A stretch of DNA of 32,000 nucleotides from Candidatus Hadarchaeota archaeon. GTDB taxonomy: Archaea; Hadarchaeota; Hadarchaeia; Hadarchaeales; Hadarchaeaceae. Position numbers and translations under genes: made by a program. Positions 25,295-32,000 of this stretch are shown one piece after another. Position 1 is the stretch's first letter; each line of letters begins with the position of its first letter. Under the pieces are notes generated by a model. It worked only from the letters and a program-made list of their open reading frames with translations, was not told the origin of the DNA and did not search any database. Location of the stretch: NCBI GenBank assembly GCA_964514965.1, contig CAZETV010000001.1:903063-935062 (forward strand). Direction: 5' to 3'.

Positions 25295-26026
25295 CTAAGC
25301 CCTCAGAATTTTTTTCAGCCGCCGAACGAGTCTCTCGGATACTCTGCCATTTTTTCTGTCCCCACCCTCACAGACCACTCCCCTAACCCCGATTACGTCT
25401 GGATTCAGCGACTTCAGCGTCTGTACTTCTTTAAGCCCTAACGAACCGGCGAGAGAAGCCCATAGACCGTATGAATGTGAATTGTTAACGAAATTCTCCA
25501 AATCTTCTCTCCGAAGGAAATCTGTGAGGGGCCGGCCGTCCTTGATTGCCGTATCTATCATTGCAATGTCAGCTTCACATTCGCCCGCTATTTCAGGTAT
25601 GAGCAGGGGATTTATTGTTCCAGACCTCTCAAAGTCCCCATAAGTACATACAGCAACCTTTGCCGATCCATAAGTGCCTTTAACCGCCCTTACCACCTGC
25701 TTTACAAAGTATATGGCACTTTTCACATCTTTTGGACCTTTCAGTCCGACTTTTATTATATTAGCCCCCGCTTTAAGGGCACCAAACGCCGCTAGGGCAG
25801 CACTTCCCGGAAGGTCAGGGAAATCGCCAATGGCCGCGCTGAGAGGTATGTTCGCGGGTACGGATTGCCTCACGTTAGCTATGACCCATGGGAAGTTTGC
25901 ACCGAGCGATCCCTCTTCAGGGTTCTTAATGTCGAGAATATCGGCTCCCCCTCTGATAGCGGCCAATGCCTCCTCGATGTCTCTAGGGCTGACAAGAAGT
26001 AGGGTCAAGTTAGGTCCTCCAGGCAT
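25295..26026 (-). CDS. mfnB: (5-formylfuran-3-yl)methyl phosphate synthase
   Basis: LLVSPRDIEEALAAIRGGADILDIKNPEEGSLGANFPWVI, GDFPDLPG, IIKVGLKGPKDV, AMIDTAIKDGRPLTDF. Confidence 0.88.
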   Translation of the reverse strand: MPGGPNLTLLLVSPRDIEEALAAIRGGADILDIKNPEEGSLGANFPWVIANVRQSVPANIPLSAAIGDFPDLPGSAALAAFGALKAGANIIKVGLKGPKDVKSAIYFVKQVVRAVKGTYGSAKVAVCTYGDFERSGTINPLLIPEIAGECEADIAMIDTAIKDGRPLTDFLRREDLENFVNNSHSYGLWASLAGSLGLKEVQTLKSLNPDVIGVRGVVCEGGDRKNGRVSERLVRRLKKILRA

Positions 26027-27135
26027 TCGTCGAAATCAGCCAAAAATGAAGTTATGTGTTTTAGACGATGATGGGGCATGACCACAAGTCTGATGCTCCG
26101 CGGCTGACTATTCATAGATACGAGCCACCCTCTTGCTTCCAGTTTATCGCAGACATCGCTTAAATTGACAGTATCCGATTTGACGGCAACGATGTTGAGT
26201 TCGGGCTCCACTATGAGGTCCACGGCGTCCATCTTTCTGATGCCTATCGCCAGCTTTTGCGTTAGGTCCATGCAGCGCTTAACTATCTTTTGGTAGCCTT
26301 TGTACCCTAATGAGTTAAGAAGGGCCCAAACTGCGGCTACGGACGCGCCCGATCTCGTGCCCAAGAGAGTTGAGTTTGGGCTGTTCAGATAGGGCGGATT
26401 CATTTCGATTTTTTTAAGCCAATTTCCATTGCGGAAAAGGATGGACCCCGCTGGTATGGGGGCAAGCCCCATCTTATGAGGGTCTAGGGTGATGGATGAT
26501 ACCGAACCTATGCTAAAATCCCAAGGGGGAGGATTTTTAATGAAGGGTAAGACAAAACCTCCAAACGATGCATCTACGTGAAGAAAACAGCCAAGATCCT
26601 CAGCAATTTCAGCGATCTCCTCGATTGGATCTACCAAACCAAGTGCCACCGTGCCAGCAGTGGCCGTAATGGCTAGAGTCTCTTTGCTGGCTTTTTCTTG
26701 TATGCTGTCGACGCTTGCACGGTAAGTCTCATCGAGTGCTATGTGAGTAAGATTCAGCTGTTGAAGATTACATGCCTTAGTTACAGAATAATGAGCAGAA
26801 ACAGGCGCGATTACATTTTTTCGGTTTAGTAGTTTTCTGGCAACCCACAAGGTAACTATGTTCCCTTCAGTTCCTCCCGAAGTTATGTAGCCAGCTGCCT
26901 CAGGTCTTGAAGTCAATGTACCGATTTTTCTTATCGCCTCTTCTTCCAGTGATTTCACGCTTGGGAAAATTCGGGGGTCCAATAGATTCGTTTCAAGAAA
27001 CATCAAATATGCATCAACGGCTACCTTCAATGGTTTTGAACACATGGAGCAAAAAACTCTGCCAGAATCATAGCTCCAATCCTGGCTCCGTCTGTCCTCA
27101 AGCGATTTCAACAGCTCTTTGGCGGAGCCAGTCAT
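26005..27135 (-). CDS. mfnA: L-tyrosine (or L-aspartate) decarboxylase, PLP-dependent
   Basis: AAGYITSGGTEGNIVTLWVAR, FLHVDASFGGFVLPF, SITLDPHKMGLAPIPAGSILFR (PLP lysine), YLNSPNSTLLGTRSGASVAAVWA. Confidence 0.88.
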   Translation of the reverse strand: MTGSAKELLKSLEDRRSQDWSYDSGRVFCSMCSKPLKVAVDAYLMFLETNLLDPRIFPSVKSLEEEAIRKIGTLTSRPEAAGYITSGGTEGNIVTLWVARKLLNRKNVIAPVSAHYSVTKACNLQQLNLTHIALDETYRASVDSIQEKASKETLAITATAGTVALGLVDPIEEIAEIAEDLGCFLHVDASFGGFVLPFIKNPPPWDFSIGSVSSITLDPHKMGLAPIPAGSILFRNGNWLKKIEMNPPYLNSPNSTLLGTRSGASVAAVWALLNSLGYKGYQKIVKRCMDLTQKLAIGIRKMDAVDLIVEPELNIVAVKSDTVNLSDVCDKLEARGWLVSMNSQPRSIRLVVMPHHRLKHITSFLADFDECLEDLT

Positions 27136-27164
27136 AGAATCCCAAGCGTAAATTTTTGGTCTGA

Positions 27165-27174
27165 ATTTATAAAT
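27165..27174. promoter_or_regulatory. Symmetric TATA-like box ATTTATAAAT in the divergent mfnA/mtd intergenic region
   Basis: Self-complementary; about 35 bp from both start codons (27135 on -, 27207 on +). Confidence 0.55.
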
Positions 27175-27206
27175 GCGAGAGTGCCAATAAATTTGGAGGT
27201 TTGGTC

Positions 27207-28034
27207 ATGGTTCAAAGGGTGAGAGTAGGATTAGTTAAGATGGGCAACCTCGGCACTTCTGCCATGTTAGATCTGATGCTCGATGAGCGGGCGGAAAGGG
27301 AGGACATCGACTTTAGGGTTGTGGCATCTGGGCCGAAAATAACCGAGGAGGACTGTAAAGGGGTTTCTGAAAAAATTCTTGATTTCAATCCCGAACTAAT
27401 CATAGCAATAAGCCCAAATCCTTCCGTTCCGGGACCTTCGAAGGCCAGAGAAATCCTCAAGAAATCTGGCAAGCCTTGCATAATCATCGGCGATGCCCCA
27501 GGTACTAAAATCGCCGGAGAACTTGAGAAGACAGGTTTTGGCTACATATTCGTCGAGGCGGATTCCATGCTTGGCGCAAGAATGGAATTTCTTGACCCTA
27601 TCGAGATGTCGCTCTTTAATGCGGATGTAATCAAGGTTCTTTCAGTAACCGGCGCTTTCCGAGTTGTTTATGAGGAGGTTGATAAAGCAATCGAGGGCGT
27701 GAAGTCTAGCAAGCCCTATTTGCCGAAGATAATTATCGACCGTGATAAAGCTGTAAACGCCGCCGAATTTGAAAATCCCTATGCGCGTGCGAAGGCCATG
27801 GCAGCTTTTGAAATAGCGAAAAAAGTTGCAGACGTAAGCGTTGAGGGCTGTTTTAGGGTCAAGGAGAAAGAGAGGTACATACCGATTGTGGCGGCGGCGC
27901 ATGAGATGATGAGGACGGCCGCAAAGTTATGTGACGAAGCTCGCGAAATAGAAAAAAGCGAGGACTCTGTGCTAAGGAGGCCGCATGGAAGAAAAGGCGA
28001 ACTCCTCTCGAAACGAAAGCTTATGGGAATCTAG
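27207..28034 (+). CDS. mtd: F420-dependent methylenetetrahydromethanopterin dehydrogenase
   Basis: VRVGLVKMGNLGTSAMLDLMLDERAERED, ISPNPSVPGPSKAREIL, EADSMLGARMEFLDPIEMSLFNADVIKVLSVTGAFR. ATG 27207 preceded by GGAGGT. Confidence 0.95.
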   Translation: MVQRVRVGLVKMGNLGTSAMLDLMLDERAEREDIDFRVVASGPKITEEDCKGVSEKILDFNPELIIAISPNPSVPGPSKAREILKKSGKPCIIIGDAPGTKIAGELEKTGFGYIFVEADSMLGARMEFLDPIEMSLFNADVIKVLSVTGAFRVVYEEVDKAIEGVKSSKPYLPKIIIDRDKAVNAAEFENPYARAKAMAAFEIAKKVADVSVEGCFRVKEKERYIPIVAAAHEMMRTAAKLCDEAREIEKSEDSVLRRPHGRKGELLSKRKLMGI

Positions 28035-28114
28035 AATTGGCACTCCTCGGTACTAAGTGCGGGGATTCTTGTACGCTCATTAATAGAGGGGCACTAAAAT
28101 TGTTTGGAATAGGG

Positions 28115-29143
28115 ATGAAAGGAAAACCGCTGGAAGGTGACATGGTAGAAACGGCGGATAACATTATTTTCGATGTTAGAGGACATACCCATCCGCCCGG
28201 AAGGGTCATTGCTTATCCCAAGTACGTGTCAGATTTGAGAGGGAACTTGAGGCGTGGCGAAACCACTTTTCGGAGGGTCCGCACCTTTCAAGATTTGCAT
28301 GATGCAATTGAGCAGTTGGATTCAAAGTATTTGATTTACGATCCTGTTTTCGGCGAAAAATTATGCGAAGTTTCGGAGGAAGGTATAAACTATCACTATA
28401 GACCCAGCGACTGTCTGTCAGAGCTGCGACGTAAAAAGGAGCTGGACAAAGTCGAAAATGAGGCACTTTCCCTGCTTCAGCTCATGAAAACGGAAGCCAA
28501 AGTTCCGTGGAACAAGCTAGGACTTTCTGGGTCAATACTTACGAAGCTCTACACAATCTCGTCTGACATTGATCCCGTTGTTTATGGATTGAAGAACTGC
28601 TGCCGAGTATACGCGAGCATAATGCAGTTGTTGGAGGATGGGGAAATAGAATTAGAGAAGGTGAAGGAGGAAGAGAAGAAGGAAGATTATAAAAAAGAAA
28701 TTCGTTCCGGAGAGTTGGATAAATCTGTAGTCTCTTATGAAGATTACATGCGCGTGGAAATGAGAAAAACCTTTGTGGGGCGGTTTGGCGGTCGGAAGTA
28801 CTCCATAAAATTCGTCAAGGATTGGGGTGAGGTAGAGAGTACCTATGGGGTGGTTAAGTGTACTCCAAGAGGAAGTGTTAGAATAAAGGCCAAAATCGAG
28901 GACGATTCGGATGCAATCTTCATGCCAGGCGCCTATAAGATTTGTAACGTCAAGCTCTTGGAGGGGCCAGATTTTGTGCCAGTGGAGATTTTATCAGTTC
29001 ACTTAAGGTTCTGTGAACAGGCAAAAAGGGGCGAAACTGTTATCGCGCGGGGAAAGCTTGAATCTGTACAGCGGAGAAGTGGGGACGAATATTATAGGCT
29101 CGTCCTTGGGAACGAGGCTTCAGACTACATGATTTTAGTTTGA
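28115..29143 (+). CDS. Predicted archaeal nucleotidyltransferase (COG1665-like)
   Basis: NIIFDVRGHTHPPGRVIAYPKYVSDLRG ... LGLSGSILTKLYTISSDIDPVVYGLKNC (nucleotidyltransferase-like G-S-x(n)-SDID motif). Start uncertain (28037 maximum, ATG at 28115 or 28142). Confidence 0.6.
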   Translation: MKGKPLEGDMVETADNIIFDVRGHTHPPGRVIAYPKYVSDLRGNLRRGETTFRRVRTFQDLHDAIEQLDSKYLIYDPVFGEKLCEVSEEGINYHYRPSDCLSELRRKKELDKVENEALSLLQLMKTEAKVPWNKLGLSGSILTKLYTISSDIDPVVYGLKNCCRVYASIMQLLEDGEIELEKVKEEEKKEDYKKEIRSGELDKSVVSYEDYMRVEMRKTFVGRFGGRKYSIKFVKDWGEVESTYGVVKCTPRGSVRIKAKIEDDSDAIFMPGAYKICNVKLLEGPDFVPVEILSVHLRFCEQAKRGETVIARGKLESVQRRSGDEYYRLVLGNEASDYMILV

Positions 29144-29180
29144 GGTTCAAAAATCAGGTTTCTAAAACTAAGATTAAAAT

Positions 29181-30053
29181 TCAATGAGTTAAAACGTGAT
29201 CGATTATCTTTTTGGTTATACTTACTTTTGTCGTGGATTGGAGACCTTTCCACCCAGGAATGGCGTTGACCTCAGTAATGAAGAACTCGTCATCCCGTTC
29301 AACGATGTCCACCCCGGCGTACTCACATCTCAAGATTTCTGCCGACTTTATCGATGCTTCTTCTAGCTCTCCACGTAATTCACATGGCTCGACTCTCGCT
29401 CCCTTTGAAAAGTTAGTCTTCCAGCTTTCGCCGACTCTCTTCATTGCCGCTATAACTTCATCCCCGATAATGAAAGCCCTTATATCCTCGTTGCGATGAG
29501 GAATGAACTCTTGGACGTAATACACATACCTTCCAAATTCAAGGGCCGTAAAAACTCTATATGCTAGGTCCCGATCACTCACTCGTACCATCCCCGCACC
29601 CAAAGAGCCGAAGAGGGGCTTGACTATCACGTCCTTGAACTCCTCGAAGGCCTTCATGGCATCGTCATGCTTTTCGGTAACGATAGTCTTGGGGGTCGGG
29701 ATTCCCGCATCTTCCAACAAAGAGCACGTATAGAACTTATCCGCACATCGCTCTATGGCGATTGCAGGGTTCAGTACCTTTACTCCCAAATTCTCCAGCC
29801 TGTGAAGCGTATCCATTCTGAATATCAGCTGTTCCGCTGATCCTTTCGGCACCCATCTGACAATTAATGAGTCGAACTCATCAAGATCGTGACCACAACA
29901 TGAGACGCGTGGCTTTCCGCTCAACTTTGCGACTAGGTAAGAAAGAGGAAAGGTAAAACAGCTGATTTTTCTGCTTTCTATTTCTTCCCTCAACTGCTCA
30001 ACATTCCAGTCATTTTTACCTGAGGTAAAAATTCCGATTTTCTTCACACGCAT
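29181..30053 (-). CDS. mptN: RimK/MptN-family glutamate ligase (tetrahydromethanopterin or F420 glutamylation)
   Basis: CADKFYTCSLLEDAGIPTPKTIVTEK, VIVKPLFGSLGAGMVRVSD, YVQEFIPHRNEDIRAFIIGDEVIAAMKR, GVDIVERDDEFFITEVNAIPGWKGLQ. Confidence 0.7.
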   Translation of the reverse strand: MRVKKIGIFTSGKNDWNVEQLREEIESRKISCFTFPLSYLVAKLSGKPRVSCCGHDLDEFDSLIVRWVPKGSAEQLIFRMDTLHRLENLGVKVLNPAIAIERCADKFYTCSLLEDAGIPTPKTIVTEKHDDAMKAFEEFKDVIVKPLFGSLGAGMVRVSDRDLAYRVFTALEFGRYVYYVQEFIPHRNEDIRAFIIGDEVIAAMKRVGESWKTNFSKGARVEPCELRGELEEASIKSAEILRCEYAGVDIVERDDEFFITEVNAIPGWKGLQSTTKVSITKKIIDHVLTH

Positions 30054-30985
30054 GCACCCAGTGATTTCGCCAGCACTTCCTCGTCAATGCTTCCGGCATG
30101 AAAAACTCTTCCGGTCCTCAGGTTGTTTATCGTTACTTCGGCGGGGGAGAAAAGTTTTGGATCGATCTTGAAGAAGTCCCTATCATATTTTTCGAAGAGT
30201 TCAAGGAATGGCAGGCCGTAGTCCTTGGAGGCGCGTGAGGGAATTTCATCGATCACCTTCTCAACCTCAGAGTCGTCAGCATCCACGAAGTACATCGTCC
30301 TCCCACCGTAGAGCACACAGTCGTTGGTTTTCCCCATCGCTTCTAGATCGTTTTTGGTCACTGGCGCTACGGGAGCACTTCCGCTCCCGCAGATTATCTC
30401 GCCTATATCGAACCCGACCTCATGTAGCTTGTGCACGCCGGTTTCCACAATTCTCGCTGATATCTGGATGCTCCCAACAATGCTTGCAGTCGGGGCAGCC
30501 AAGATGTAGAGACTATCGGGCTTCACCTTGCATTTTTGGGCGATGAAATCCGCTACCTTTTCGTTTGGTATTTTTCTAGTCTCGAGCGTGATGACCGCTT
30601 TCTCACACCTATCTTCATATTTCAATTCTCGGAACAGCTTTTCCTCCACCCTCGCCAGCGCCCTCGCGGGACCCGAACCCATCGCGAAGTAATCTTCAAC
30701 TTTTATCGCCCACCCAGCAAATTGAGAAGCCATGCATGATATCGCGGGATGGTCCACGTTCACATGGACATAGGGCCTTTTCTCCATGCAAAGACTAACG
30801 CCGCCAAGACCCCCTAGACACGCCTCTGAAAAAAGTTTGCCAGCTTTAAGGCTCCCCTGCACCTTGATTCCAGAGTCGATCACTACTGCCCCATTTTTTA
30901 GTTTGAGGACTTTGACCCCCAGTTCTTCCTCACTTTGAGTCATCGCGTCTGCTATTTTTGAAGCTCTTTCGTTCACGCTTATCAT
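30044..30985 (-). CDS. mch: Methenyltetrahydromethanopterin cyclohydrolase
   Basis: MISVNERASKIADAMTQ, VHVNVDHPAISCMASQFAGWAI, MGSGPARALAR, EIICGSGSAPVAPVTKNDLEAMGKTNDCVLYGG. Confidence 0.95.
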   Translation of the reverse strand: MISVNERASKIADAMTQSEEELGVKVLKLKNGAVVIDSGIKVQGSLKAGKLFSEACLGGLGGVSLCMEKRPYVHVNVDHPAISCMASQFAGWAIKVEDYFAMGSGPARALARVEEKLFRELKYEDRCEKAVITLETRKIPNEKVADFIAQKCKVKPDSLYILAAPTASIVGSIQISARIVETGVHKLHEVGFDIGEIICGSGSAPVAPVTKNDLEAMGKTNDCVLYGGRTMYFVDADDSEVEKVIDEIPSRASKDYGLPFLELFEKYDRDFFKIDPKLFSPAEVTINNLRTGRVFHAGSIDEEVLAKSLGACV

Positions 30986-31803
30986 GTCGCGCCTCCTTTC
31001 CAGATCAGTATCTCCCCCTTCCCTAGGGCGGCAATATCTCCGTTATACCTATCGTAGAAACCCTCGATGTGTTCTTTTTTGACAGGTAAATCATATTTTT
31101 CCAGTCTTTTTAGGAAGGCTCTGATGAAAGTCGGTTTGTAGGTGCAACTATATCTGAAGGTCGGCAGTAGCTTCGGGGGATTGAAGGCTATGATGGTTCC
31201 CCTATCCATCCCGGCTCCCGCTTTCTCCCCGATATCGCCGGAACAGACTATTGACCCACCTGTCATGAGTGCGCCGGTTAAGTTTCCTAGTTTGCCTTTG
31301 ATGACGATTGCGCCCCTTCTCATCAGTTCTCCGACCTCGCGTCCGGCATCGCCTTCAATTATAATCATTCCGCCCTTCATTCCGACTTTAGAACCCCGGT
31401 AACCCGAACCAACGAGGTTTCGGGCGTTCCCTCTGACCCTTATCAGCCCCCCTTTCATCTCGGCCCCGAGCCAATCCCCAGCGTTTCCGTGAACGAGTAT
31501 CTCTCCTCCTTGCATCTCCCGACCAAGGTGCATTCCAGCACTCCCCTCGATTACCAACTTGCCTTTGCTCATCCTTGCCCCAATATGCTTGACCGCGCTG
31601 ACATCGCCAGTGATAACTATCTTCTCAGTTCCATCCGATTCCTGTTCGATATTGAAGATATCAGTCAATCTTTTCCTTCGGTTTCCCCACAAAAGCTCGA
31701 GACTTTTTAGCTCCGCCACAGACTTACCAGAAAATACATCGGGTGAGATGCATTCGGCCTCAACCGGCACCTTAAATTTGACTTTAGGTTTGAGGATGAT
31801 CAT
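30982..31803 (-). CDS. fwdC: Formylmethanofuran dehydrogenase/formyltransferase complex subunit C
   Basis: Glutamate synthase alpha-like beta-helix with repeated G-x(3)-G units: ITGDVSAVKHIGARMSKGKLVIEGSAGMHLGREMQGGEILVHGNAGDWLGAEMKGGLIRVRGNA. Confidence 0.9.
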   Translation of the reverse strand: MIILKPKVKFKVPVEAECISPDVFSGKSVAELKSLELLWGNRRKRLTDIFNIEQESDGTEKIVITGDVSAVKHIGARMSKGKLVIEGSAGMHLGREMQGGEILVHGNAGDWLGAEMKGGLIRVRGNARNLVGSGYRGSKVGMKGGMIIIEGDAGREVGELMRRGAIVIKGKLGNLTGALMTGGSIVCSGDIGEKAGAGMDRGTIIAFNPPKLLPTFRYSCTYKPTFIRAFLKRLEKYDLPVKKEHIEGFYDRYNGDIAALGKGEILIWKGGAT

Positions 31804-32000
31804 CGGTTGCCCTCGAAGAGTTTGTGGAGGTAGACCAAGTGTTTGCCCAGCTTGCCCCCATAGTTTCCGGCAGTTATGAGCTTTATCCCGTCCACACTAC
31901 AGGCTTCTTCGATTCCCGCCTTCGTGGCTTTTTTCACGCTTTCTCCGTCCAATCCGTTTATCACTATTTCTAGGACGGAGTTGACATCCTGCGGTATCTT
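31800..32000 (-). CDS. ftr: Formylmethanofuran-tetrahydromethanopterin formyltransferase, C-terminal end only (partial at right edge)
   Basis: Open frame from window edge: KIPQDVNSVLEIVINGLDGESVKKATKAGIEEACSVDGIKLITAGNYGGKLGKHLVYLHKLFEGNR*, ending in the Ftr-like TAGNYGGKLGK motif; ATGA overlap with fwdC. Confidence 0.8.
   Translation of the reverse strand, partial: KIPQDVNSVLEIVINGLDGESVKKATKAGIEEACSVDGIKLITAGNYGGKLGKHLVYLHKLFEGNR

Noticed and set aside
30982-31803. Internal repeating pattern in fwdC
   Set aside because: Repetition is the normal beta-helix G-x(3)-G repeat of the FwdC/GltS alpha-like domain, not a DNA repeat.

Overview
The window looks like an archaeal C1-metabolism island, identified from protein motifs only. 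From left to right it contains: (i) the end of a hydrogenase/sulfhydrogenase-like operon (FAD/NAD-binding and 4Fe-4S subunits, minus strand); (ii) a small EF-Tu/EF-1A domain-2-like protein; (iii) an ECF-type Ni/Co transporter, cbiO-cbiQ-PDGLE/cbiN-cbiM, divergent from a NikR-type regulator and an HD-domain hydrolase; (iv) an AMP-forming acetyl-CoA synthetase; (v) a RACo-like corrinoid reductive activase, convergent with a complete cdhA-B-C-D-E CODH/ACS operon; (vi) a small zinc-ribbon protein, a CooC-type Ni-insertion ATPase and a MetF/MTHFR-like protein; (vii) fdhD-mobA; (viii) a methanofuran biosynthesis cluster (ATP-grasp, HisA-like, mfnE, mfnF, mfnD, mfnB, mfnA); (ix) mtd, a COG1665-type predicted nucleotidyltransferase, an MptN/RimK-like ligase, mch, fwdC/fhcC, and the C-terminus of ftr at the right edge. 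No mcr genes, CRISPR arrays, mobile elements or tRNA/rRNA were recognised. The most interesting non-coding signals are: (a) an approximately 180-nt leader upstream of fdhD, with a symmetric TATA-like box, a 10-12 bp inverted repeat whose 3' arm is nearly duplicated (so two pairings are possible), a further stem, a complementary C-rich/G7 pair and a hairpin over the possible Shine-Dalgarno region; it is a candidate uncharacterised cis-regulatory RNA; (b) a perfect dyad with NikR spacing (GTAATA-N16-TATTAC) between nikR and cbiM; (c) an 8-bp-arm dyad upstream of the hydrogenase-like operon. The RACo homolog beside archaeal cdh genes, the MetF-like protein among H4MPT genes, and the unassigned HisA-like and ATP-grasp proteins in the mfn cluster also merit follow-up.
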